Source: Octopus vulgaris
Taxonomy: Eukaryota
NCBI GenBank assembly: GCA_951406725.2
Contig: OX597821.1
Span: 38,316,001 to 38,380,000 of the forward strand
DNA length: 64,000 bases
Reading direction: 5' to 3'
The notes under the pieces are model-generated. The model was not told the origin of the DNA. It was given only the letters and a program-made list of their open reading frames with translations, and ran no database searches. The position numbers and the translations under genes are program-made. Positions 52,136 to 64,000 of this stretch are shown one piece after another; the stretch's first letter is position 1; each line of letters begins with the position of its first letter.

Positions 52136-53347
52136 TAATATATTACATATAAACTATATTTGTGGGAAAATTGAGAAGTTGAGACATTCATGCACTTCCA
52201 TTTAACTTAATGGAATAACTAAAATGGTTAAACACGTTGATTGAATCGAGTTGAAAACTCTTTCGTACAAACTTTATTTCTTTACTAAGGCACATGCTAC
52301 TGTAATTAATGGCAAAAAATTAATAATCCGCTGTAATCTTCAGAAAATTCTTGTAAAAACCAATAATTTCAAGACATTAAATTTACTTATGAAGTTTAAC
52401 AGTACGCTCATAACATTATTCTATTGACTTAACACAATAGGAATATATATCTTCGAAATTTCTATGAAACTGTAGCTATTTTGGTAGTTTTAATATCATG
52501 GAATTCTAAACATATAGGAACATTCCTCAATTTCCTGAACCATTCAACAGAGATTTAATGACTACAAGATAAAGTTATAATTAATACATTTTTCAATAAA
52601 TATAAAGTTTAATGGACATTAAACTCAGTCCCTCAGAAACATTTTTGGACGTAGAAAAGCTGAATAGAACAATTCAGAAGAATCCGGTTCATATTCAACA
52701 CATGATTAAACAATGTATTATTTGGTATGTTACTATGAAAATCAAAGCCAGTTCTTGAAGGAGAATTTGAAACTTCCATACAAGTAATTTTGCTATAGCA
52801 GAGCCTTGGCTGTGGCCACGGAGTGAAGACAATCGGGTACATTATGAGAATAGATTTACGACATCTATGCATACTCTCATACACTCACACATATACACAT
52901 ACATATATAAATAAGCTCGTGTGCATACGCGTGTCTATGTATAAGAGAGAAAGAAAGAAGATCAAGAATGTGAAAGGAACTGTTTACAAAGGTCATATAA
53001 ACAGTACATTGAATTACTGATTATACCAAAATACTGAGGAACCATTTCAGCTAAATACTTTTGGGTTTCCTAAGACTCAGCACAGATTGCTTATGTCACC
53101 TTTGATCTATCAACGTTCAGAGGACAATATCTTGTTATGAATAATGTAAAGAAACTTTACATAATGTTACATATAAGATTCTCTACCGACTAGAGTTTTA
53201 CGCCATTGTGATATTCAGGCGAGAACAGAGAAACACCGTGTCATGAAGCTCGAGTCACAAGACAAACATTCAGTTTCAATATAAAAGACAACATACCTTC
53301 AATACATGAAGAGTCCTCATTCGTCTGACATAAATCAACGTACGTAC

Positions 53348-53388
<41 letters not shown>

Positions 53389-53389
53389 A

Positions 53390-54290
53390 TACATGGTGTC
53401 GGATTATATTGTGAGTTTTCTCTTGTAAACCAGTTTTGTGAACCCATGGATAGGCCAAAAATTCCTGTTGTTTATGAATATGAGTTCCATCATGGAACCA
53501 ATGCATTCCAAACAGAATTGGGTGTTTGGTGAAGATGTGGCGAATGAGCGCACTGTATGTCAATGGTTTGAGAATTTCCGGTCTGGTGACTTTACTCTTG
53601 AAAATCAGCTCCGTGGTAGACCAGAGACCAAGGTGGATAATGATGAACTGGAAACTGTGGTGGAAGCGGATACATCTCAAACGACACATGAGTTAGCAGC
53701 AAGGTTTGATGTTTCGATTTCAATTGTTTTGGACCATCTGAAACAAATCGGCATGGTAAAGAAGCTGAACAAGTGGGTACCACACGAACTGAACGAGCAT
53801 CAAATGACACGTCGTCTTGAAACTTGCTGTTCTTTGCTGTCATAGCATAAAGCAAACCATTTTTGCATTGTATTGTTACGTGTGATGAAAAATGAATTCT
53901 TTTTAACAATAGCAAGCATTCTGCACTGTGGTTGGATAGAGACGAAGAGCTAAAACACAATCCAAAAAAGAATATTCACCAAGAAAAGCTAATGGTGTCT
54001 GTTTGGTGGTCCAGCGCTGGTGTCATCCACTACAGCTTCATGAGACCTGGTAAGTCAATTGCAGCAGATGAATACATCAACCAATTGGATGAAATTATGA
54101 GTGAACTTGCAATTAAACAACTGAGAATGGTCAACAGAGACAGGCCAATTCCCTTGCAAGACAATGCTCGACCACATGTTGCACAAATAACGCCACTCAA
54201 GTTACAGGAACTGAACTTGAAAGTACGCTGTCATTTACCATATCCACCAACTGACTATCACATTTTCCAGGCATTAGACAACTTGTTTGC
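53390..54290 (+). mobile_element. Second mariner transposase remnant, 3' truncated by a LINE
   Basis: WFENFRSGDF, KWVPHEL, IVTCDEK*, QDNARPH, PTDYHIF; internal stops. Confidence 0.92.
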
Positions 54291-55195
54291 AGTCAGATCT
54301 ACTGGCTGTCATCCAATGGGCAGAAAAGAATAGTAGGCTGCAGAACGAGGACAAATTTGAGTTAATCCACTTCGGAAAAGAGGATACCCTAAAAATCACA
54401 TACTCCTTTCGTTCAGGTGAAGCTCTCATGGCATCCAATAACATCAAAGACTTGGGAGTAATTGTGGACATCAACATAAGCTGGACCGCTCATATAAACA
54501 GCAAAGTTGACATGGGCTGCAGAATGTGTTCCTGGATTCACAGAACTTTCCAGTCGAGAGATATCCATACCACTATCCTCCTCTTCTCCATTTTTGCCCG
54601 ACCCCACCTTGAATACTGTTGTCCACTGTGGTCTCCCCAAACGAAACAAAGTTTCATGAAAATAGAAGCACCTCAAAGGTCAATTACAAAATAGATATAT
54701 GACATAACAGGCCTTAACTATTGAGGTCGACTAGAAAAGCTCAAGCTTTATTCTCTCCAACGCCACTGTGAGCGTTACATCATCTGCATCATGTGGAAAA
54801 TATTCCATCAGCATTGCCCAAATGATGTTGGAATCACCTTTAAGATACACCCAAGACTTGGGCCTCTTGCTATCTACCCACAACAAAAGTCATACTCGCA
54901 TCACATAACAACAATACGGCACAATTATTTCACCTCAGTTAGCCCTGCTCTCTTTAACACTACACCAAAAACATATTAAAGCAGAAGCAGGCACCATAAA
55001 GCTCAAGAAGTTATTGGAAAAATTCCTTCAAAAAATTCCAGATAAACCTTCTACACTTAGATATGTCTCCGTAAACTATAACTCTCTACTTGAGTGGGCC
55101 ATGTTGTCCGGATCCTGATTTGAATGACTTTGCTAGGTGGTGTTATTAAGTTAGACACGGCCTGGGCCAATACTGGCCGAAACCTATCAAAGTTT
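54287..55195 (+). mobile_element. CR1-like LINE 3' fragment (RT C-terminus plus 3' UTR)
   Basis: LQSDLLAVIQWAEKN, IKDLGVIVD, RPHLEYCCPLWSP, LEKLKLYSLQR. Confidence 0.92.
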
Positions 55196-56279
55196 TATGA
55201 ATTTAAAAGGTAAAAATGACTTCATGGCAATATTGACATCTATTCGTATGTATTCATTGACATCCTAATGGATGGAGGGCTCCTTACATATTGAATGGCA
55301 GCATGTGTATGTTTAGTTTATTTAAAATAATGTTTAATGTTACCACACTGTACAGGTATGATCGTGATTAACTGAAATCATCCGGAGCCTGCTATATTTT
55401 GTCAACACGTTAATGTTACTTTTTAGTCTGATGTCTATAAACATGAAATATATTTTATAATAAGCGTAGGTCTAGACATGTAACACAGGTTTATTTAATT
55501 ACTGAATACATAAAATAAATATTTCTATATTTTTTTCATTTATTGTTAAATATCATAGATTTTATTTTTGGAAAAATGTTATGTCGAATTTCAAATTCAA
55601 AACTTGTTTCCAGAATGAATTAAGACAGACGAGTGTCCGATTTTTAAGATTGCGTGATTTGTTCTTCACTGAATTTTAATTCCACTTCGAATTCTTAAAT
55701 GACACATTCGGAAACATGACGAGTTGAAAAATTTCTTTCAATTTCTATTTTTACCAATTCAGCTAAATTTTTAAAGTAAGGTAATTTTCAAAATTATTCA
55801 AATGGAAACCATATAAGAGTTCATATTCTTCAGTTCATTAGACTCACAGGTAATGTTTTCGACATTTGCCAATATATATATATATTTATAGTTTGTACAC
55901 CTACTTTCATGTGTACTCACATCCGCATATCCGCACGAATATAACCAAATACACACGATATGATAGATACATATAAATTACCCGCTGAACCGTACAAAGG
56001 TAGGGAATTGTGTTTCCAATTATTAAGAACATTTTAACCGTTTCTAAATATTCACGGTACATAGTCCAATGAATTAATACAAGTCTGTTTTATAATAAGA
56101 CACATCAACTCAAGTTAATATATCATCATTACCAATTATATAATCTATAGAAATATGAATTGTAATGGTAGAATACAGAACTTGTCAAAATGCCCAATAT
56201 ACACACTTGCATACACGCTTTCATAACACAACATACATTCATAAACATACAACACATATGCATACTTCCTCCTCCCCTA

Positions 56280-56660
<381 letters not shown>

Positions 56661-56679
56661 CATGGTGTGTACACACTCA

Positions 56680-57065
56680 TATCTTCAGCGGCAGTGACTA
56701 CGGTCGTTGCCAATCATGGACTACAATAGCAAAGTCTGTAGATTCATGATGTTTCTTGGGGGACATTTAGCCGCGTTCATTTAATGTTTACGCTGCTAGA
56801 CGACTCCTGCTGTCGCCGTTTTATCCTTGAGGGACAAGGCTTATTTAAGCCTTAAGCAAATGAATAGGTTCACGTGACATAGGTTTATGCCTACATACCA
56901 GTGGGCTTCTATGAGACGTGTCTTGTGGCCCCTGCTGGTCCCGTATGCCTCAGTTAGAGGATTGTCAATTGGCATTTGACACATGACGAAGCCCTTCATT
57001 GGTTCTCACACCGCGGGTCTGAGTAGGGTTAGGGTTAGTGACGGCAATGCCTGGAGTTGCTATTG
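56680..57065 (-). mobile_element. Possible short RTE-related non-autonomous element
   Basis: GC-richer island; minus-strand 3' end GTCCATGATTGGCAACGACCGTAG resembles RTE/SINE-C-type tails; includes TAGGGTTAGGGTTAG. Confidence 0.35.
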
Positions 57066-57091
57066 TTTTGACCAGAACAATACATACATAC

Positions 57092-57472
57092 GAGTGGCTG
57101 TGTGGTAAGTAGCTTTCTTACGAACCACATGGTTCCGAGTTCAGCCCCACTGCGTGGCACCTTGTGCAAGTGTCTTCTACTATAGCTTCGGACTGACCAA
57201 AACCTTGTGAGTGGATTTGGTAGACGGAAACTGAAAGAATCCCGTCGTATATATGTATAAATATATGTATGTGTGTGTATATATTTGTGTGTTTGTGTTT
57301 GTCCCCTCAACATCCCTTGACAACTGATGCTGGTGTGTTTACGTCCCTGTAACCTAGTGGTTTGGCAAAAGAGAGCGATAGAATAAGTACTAGGCTTACA
57401 AAGAATAAGTCCTGGGAATAAGGCGGTGCTCCAGCATGGCCACAGTCAAATGACTGAAACAAGTAAAAGAGT
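57092..57472 (+). mobile_element. SINE family A
   Basis: Homologous to 10619-11004, with a small deletion before the tail. Confidence 0.92.
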
Positions 57473-59099
57473 ATACATACATACATACATACACACACAC
57501 ATACATTCATATATATATATATATACGTACACACACATCTTTACATACATTTGCGGTTACGATTTGCAAGTTAATGTGTGGGTGTGTGTGTAGATGCGTG
57601 TATGTGTATCAGTGTGTCGTAGCATTTTGATTAAATACAGGAATAATTCAGAAATATGTCCACTGAATACGAAAATTATTGCTTTAATTTTCCCCTCATT
57701 ATGTCACTGATAAGCTCCCATACATTTAATATAACAGAAATATTTCCGAGAATATTTCGTTTGAGTCAGATGAGGATTAATTAGGTGAAAGTTACCAATC
57801 AATTCCCAATTTGTTTGGCATTGCTGAAATCAAATCCCCATTTTAAAGAGTGAACATTCTTCCAATTAATTAACCATAATGTGATTTCGCACGCGCGCGC
57901 GTACACACGGACGTACACACACACACGCGCACGCTTACACATGCATAAGTACACACACACACAAACAAACACTCTCGTATATGCACACATACACATCTAC
58001 TGAAATGCGCTTATACTTTCTCTTTCACTATCAAAACAACGAAGACATTTCGAAATTATCTTCTTTCCCACCAGCAGACAGTTGTACACACTGTATTCAG
58101 TCATGCTTAACTGGGTAGAGTCATTCGTACAAATTCACACGAAGATATAAATATATTCTCAATAAATAGATGTTTAATAGGGAAACCTGTTTAGGAGAAT
58201 GTTTTGTGTGTTGAATGTCCAATAATATTCAATTTATTGATCTTTTGTTTATCTTATCAGATGAGTGGAAGAGAAGAAATTGCAAGACGCGCGTTCTAAT
58301 TGCTGTAACGGTAGATACTTTAATTAACGTGTCCTATTAGTGTATCATGGATGGCCGAGTTGATAGGCTTTTCGGCCAACAGCCTAACAGAAATTGGTGT
58401 GTCATATCGATAGCATTTATAAAAACAGTTAAATTTCAACGTTCTATTCCACCACAATTAACGGCAGCGGGGATACTATAAAAGTAACGAGTGATCAATT
58501 GGCTTATAGCTCTAAGTTCAGTCTCTAATGTGGCCGTTATCAGATGATGTGATGTGTATCATTTGTCCCATCAAGCTCTCTTAGCCTGGTTGCCGTAAAA
58601 CGTACCAACCCGGCCAGTCACAACCCTCAGATGAATGTAGCAAGTATTGACCATTACAACGATTAGAGCAGACATCTTCAAACTAATACTAATCTACTCC
58701 TATGATAATACAAAAGATCAATGAATTTAACGTTATTGGTTATTTATCACATCAATCATTCCCTAAAGACTGCCAGAAACAGTTTCACTATTAAATATGC
58801 CTGTTTATTTATTGATTGAAATATCTGATCATAAAAATTGAAGTAATTCACTTGATCACTGGAAAATAGGCAGATCTCCTCAGATGAATGCAGGCTCCGG
58901 CTTATACAAACAAATATTCTAAAATATATTGAAATATAAAATCAACTAATTTATATCGAATATATTCGATATGTTATAAAATGTTCTCTAAATTTGCCTC
59001 TGTTGAAATGAACCATTAAGTTATAAATATTTCGACACTTAACACCACTATATTCTTTCTCGCTAAATCTACTGCATTTTGAAATTATTATTCATCGTG

Positions 59100-59331
59100 C
59101 ACTGTTGAGGACCGGCATGTCAAAGAAGAGACCCAACGTTTCCTCTGTGTGTCATGAAAGGCGACTAAAAGTGTTGAAGTAGGATTTGCACTCCGACCTC
59201 GTAAAACCCTCACCAGCAACGACTACCCAAACAGACCCATAGGTGGGAGCGTTGTCGCCTGGGTGGAAAAAGGTATCATCCACCAGGATTAGGGATGCAT
59301 CAGCGGCGTTGTCGCAGCGCATGCCCCAATT

Positions 59332-59367
<36 letters not shown>

Positions 59368-59370
59368 ACT
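59100..59370 (+). mobile_element. Possible short internally deleted RTE-like element with (CTA)n tail
   Basis: TGTGTCATGAAAGGCGACTAA and CCTCGTAAAA resemble RTE 5' UTR motifs as I recall them; ends in (CTA)n. Confidence 0.45.
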
Positions 59371-59821
59371 ATGTGAGGAAACTGAACTTTTATGAGAATA
59401 ATTTATGCTTTTTGTACTAAGCTTTTAAAACTATCTTTAGGCTCTCTTAGTAGGTAGTTATTTTAAAGTCTACAATCGCAATAAAATACAGATACCCGCA
59501 ATTGCAAATGAATATTACTATTATTTAGTGCAAAAACAGTTTTAAAATCTGAGCTAAAAGGGTACTAGAGAATGCATTTCCAATGCCGCTGGTTCCAAAT
59601 ACTGCCCTTACTTTTTGTCCTTTGACATAACCTCAGCTGCGTTACCCTTTTATTTAATTCCTGTTATGTTTAATTCTTACTGAAATTATGGTCAGTACTA
59701 TAAAACTGGAAATCCGTTTGTTCTTAATTAAAATTGTTTCTTCTCTCTTTACAGAGATCAGATCTTGAGAGGTTTTACAATTATTTATATGGTTATAAAT
59801 ACAATACTACGAAAAATGCAT

Positions 59822-59880
59822 GGTGGTGCTCCAGCTTGACCGCAGCCGCATGACTGAAACGAGTAAAAGAACAAAAGAAT
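59822..59880 (+). mobile_element. SINE A / CR1 3' tail fragment
   Basis: GGTGGTGCTCCAGCTTGACCGCAG..TGACTGAAAC..TAAAAGA. Confidence 0.75.
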
Positions 59881-62173
59881 ATGAATCTGATTTGGGATAT
59901 ACAAGAACCGTATATAATTTGTCTACTTTAAATTCGCACTCGTACATTGCAAATGCTTTATCCATCAAAAATGGAAATTTCGCCTTCGAATTATAGTTTA
60001 GATTGTATTCGAAGGGAATAACTTAAAAGAATATTAAGAAATTATATTCCGGCCCAGTTTAAACGTTTAAAGCTCATAAATGCTGCAAAAACCACGGAAT
60101 AACTGCATGACGATGTTTAATTTTACATTCTGAATCGAGTTAAGATTCGACCTCATCTTCCATTCCTCTAAGTTCTTCCGTAATAATACTAAGAAACTTA
60201 TTCTAGGGGTGGAAATGAATTCACTTGTTGCTTTGACCCCTTTTGTATATTTGCGATATTTTGATACTTGTAGGAATGCACATTGAGGATTATAGAACAA
60301 ATGTGACAAATGGCTAAAACAGAAAACTAGATCAAATTCATTCACATATTTAATTTGTCCTTAGCTCTAACATAAAATGCTGTAAGGAGTCGTCAATATT
60401 GCATCTCCTTCGTTTTTAATGAAATAAGCATAACACTCTACCATCAATCATTTATAACCCCGCCACATGAAATTAGTATATAAATCTACTGTAAGAATGG
60501 CTACTAGATTTCAGCCCCCGTTGCCACCATTTTACTTCAATTTTGTTGCCACTTCTCTAGAAAATTCCATGAATATCGCAACATCGTTAATGGCTATGTA
60601 AGAAAACTAACAATGGAAGATAATTACATATGAACGTTAATCGCCTAATAATATTCCACTTGCTTCTTGTGTGCTGTAATATTGTTATAATCGATAATCT
60701 TTGTTATAATCAATAATTATATTAGAAATCGGATGAACATGTATTATTATTCAATATGATTAATGGATTATATTTATTAAGCGTTTCTGATTGGAAAGCA
60801 CCAGGGGCTGAAATGCTTGTAGAGATACATGGCCACTTGCTCCTGATTTCTTCATGTAATATTCTTCAAAGAAGCAGTAAAAAAAAAAATGTAATTCGAA
60901 AATACTTTCTGGTTTCTCTGGCTTCTTACATCATTGTGTATTAGTTTAATATATGCTGTATTTATATTCGGGCAGGTCATATGTTACAGTTGTTTTGTCT
61001 CTCTTACTAATGTAGTATACTCTGTACAAGAACACCGATCGATTTCTGATCATAAATCATTGAGATTCTGAAATCTCTTGACGAGTCTATAGTAACGGCT
61101 GCAATTCATTTTGCACTTGTAGCTACCTCAACCCCCCACCCCACTTTGCAGGTAGCAACTTGTACTTAGCTATAAATCTACTTTACTCTTTCAAACTGAT
61201 ATTAAAAACTAAAACGGTGCTCCTATTATTTATTTTCTATTATGAAATTCGATAAACGCAGAAAACAAAATATATGAATTCTTGCGAGATTGCTTCATAT
61301 ATTGTGTAACATTATTTCTTTATATATTTCGGATAGAGTTATGAAATTACTTTTATTAGAAAAGTTCTTTGAGACATTTTTTCATATTCTCCATGTTAAA
61401 TGTTCTTCAACTTTGTAAAATTACTATAGCTACATTCAATTCCGTAGTTTGTACCTGGTATAGTGAATGTAACTTGAATGAAATTCCATATAAAATTTCC
61501 CTAGAACTAGTGTCAGTCTTTCTATCAAAAGAATATTTAGCAGATGTTTCAAAACAACATTTGCTTTCCAGTTCGTATTCAGGCGACAGGACAACAGAGT
61601 ACTATCTATGTATCTGTCTACTTATCAACAATGCTGCGACGAGCCAAACATTTTAGCCATCTACATTTCAAACAATTATTTACAAAGAATTACAACTTAC
61701 ATAAAACTAAATTATATAACTTACTCATAATGTCTAAAACCACTATATTAAAATCAGTGGCCACGAGCATCAATTTACCGATGAACTTAAACTATTTTAT
61801 ATCATTTTATTGACTCATAACATCTCTAGCACATAGCTAAGATGATAAAATAACTTAGAGATTTCTAAATCTACAGCTTTATTCTAAAGTCTGCTGATGA
61901 AACCTCGATGTCTTCTCTGAAGAATTTTCTTCGTGGTGAATTCTGTTCTCTCTGAAATCCCTAAAAATAACTGCGAAGTACCTTGCATTAAGGAAAACCA
62001 TATTCCTATTAAATGCAGTCAACATTATGCACTAATGACAATTTCAAATTCTTGACGGGTCGCACAAAACAGGCGACTTAGGTTTGTATTTTAGAAACGA
62101 TTTTATAAATTATTCTCATAAAATACAAAACATATATTGCAAAACTATCATCAGAAAAAAATCAGAGAACTAA

Positions 62174-62370
62174 TGTGTTTAGCCCCTTGTGAGTAGTAAT
62201 GAAACAGGTATTTCACCCGTCGCTACATTATGAGTTCAAATTCCACCCCTGTTGACTTTGCTTTCATCCTTTCGGAGTCGATAAATTAAGTACCAGTGAA
62301 ACACTGGGGTCTATGTAATGAACTAGTCCCTTCCCGCCAAATTCCAGTCCTTGCGCCTTTAGAAGAGAAT
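62174..62370 (+). mobile_element. SINE family B tail fused to a 5'-truncated SINE B body
   Basis: GTGTTTAGCCCCTTGTGAGTAGTAATGAAACA|GGTATTTCACCCGTC..GAGTTCAAATTCC. Confidence 0.85.
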
Positions 62371-64000
62371 AGTTAGATAAAGACAGGCAGAATACCTTGT
62401 TGGTTGGTGATTATGAAATTATTTCCGCATAACTATCGCAAAGAAAAACCTATTACTTGCTGTTATACAAAAACAAACATATCATTTTAACTCATTTATT
62501 TAAAGCAATAAGTACCAGTAATATATTGGTATTGAACCAAAATAAATCAATATAGTAATTTATACAATATTATATAATAATATTTCATTGATGTGTTTTG
62601 AAAAGAATACCGTAAAGTGATAGCGATTATATTCAGAATTATATTTTCGTCTAATATCACTTATATGAATGAATTGTAGAGAAGTAATCCCAAGGAGATC
62701 TATGAGAGATAAATGGTAATATTGAAGCAGAAAATAATACATAAAAGATTGCCACTATTAAAAGAATAGAAATATATAAATAAATATAAATAAAACGTTT
62801 AAATATATTGTTTCTAATAAATTATTAAATGATGAAAAATATTGAGAACTATTTACGCATATTTTTATTTGTTACTTTGTCATTCAGCCCTCTGGGGTCG
62901 ATAAAATAGGTAACAATTATATACCTTTGTCGAATCAATCAGCTATACACACATCAACTATATAGACATCCTAACATTTCAAAAAAGGTGCTGAAGGTAG
63001 AGTTAATTGAGCCTGAGAGAAAAATCAATATTTTTATTCGTTCCAATTCACTCATTTTTTTTCACCACTTTCTTACACATTTTTCTCATTACATAGATCT
63101 ATCTCTGTCAATGGTACTCATATCATCACCATCATCATTATTATTATTGTCTTTCTTAACTTGATAACGATGCTGTTGCAAGTATTTTTCTTAATGTGAC
63201 TGCTGCTTATTTTTGCTTGTAAAACCTACAATGATATAATTTCTGTTAGTTTTGTTCCTTCTCCTATTACTTGATCAGCAAATGTTTTACTTCTTTTTTT
63301 GCATATCAAATTATTTCCGTAGACATTGCTCTATAAATAATTACAGATAATAAATTATGTCTAACGAAGACTATTCTTCTGTACTAAATAAATTTAAATT
63401 ATTTGCCAGTGCAATACTCATACATATAATCATATGTAAAATCTAACAAGAACAAGAATTGGGCCGCCTCACATCGCAAATGCCAATGCAGTTAAAACAC
63501 GAGACACTTAGCACAAGCAATCTATTCATTTGCATCTAATTTGCATATCAATGCCGTGTTGTGGAAACTTGAAATTATGTCAAACATCTATTATTGTAGC
63601 ATCTAAATATTAAACATTTCCTGAAGGTATTATTTGAATCCATGAATATTTATCTTTTTGGAACGTGGCGCTCCATTTCTAAAGCAAAGCTGATTGTTTC
63701 CTACTTTGGAATCACTGCTTCTAGACTCGTTCACCTGTCAATACTTTACCTTGTTTTATAGGAACACAATTACCTAGAGTCATCAGCAAATATACTGTAA
63801 ACAACATTCTTTTTGTGTATGAGTGTAGCAATTCTGAGTAAATAATGAAAGCACAATTTGTCAAGAAATATTATTGAAGTATCCCACTCATTGATTTCAA
63901 ATGATTGATGGTTATATTTTGTCACCTTAAAGGGAGACATTCTTTTACAATAAAAATAATTTTAACATTTATATTAAACTAAAATGCATTTCCTACGACG

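Noticed and set aside
59730-59760. Splice acceptor-like TTCTTCTCTCTTTACAG
   Set aside because: No recognisable exon or donor follows
61890-61960. CTGATGA and CTGAAGA words
   Set aside because: No compatible stems or GAAA..UH arrangement

Overview
Eukaryotic, AT-rich, repeat-dense non-coding DNA. The SINE families, microsatellite load and LINE/Penelope/mariner content look like a cephalopod (Octopus-like) genome; this is an inference from pattern recognition. No intact host protein-coding gene is supported, and most ORFs in the track are microsatellite translations. The window is a mosaic of decayed mobile elements: R4/Dong, CR1-like and RTE LINE fragments, Penelope (GIY-YIG) fragments, two mariners, a Tc1-like end, a hAT transposase, a non-autonomous Helitron and three tRNA-derived SINE families (called A, B and C here). 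Four signals stand out. (1) Three short families carry hammerhead ribozyme motifs with a shared extra A after the core, two of them in long fold-backs. (2) There are two homologous ORF1-only (HAL1/Tx1-like) retroelements, each directly downstream of a SINE tRNA head; one splits a SINE with a 9-bp TSD and shares that SINE family's 3' tail. (3) Two unrelated LINEs show the same permuted segment order. (4) A 330-370 bp inverted duplication carrying a splice donor abuts a hAT transposase. Coordinates were read by eye and element ends are approximate unless a TSD or TIR is quoted.
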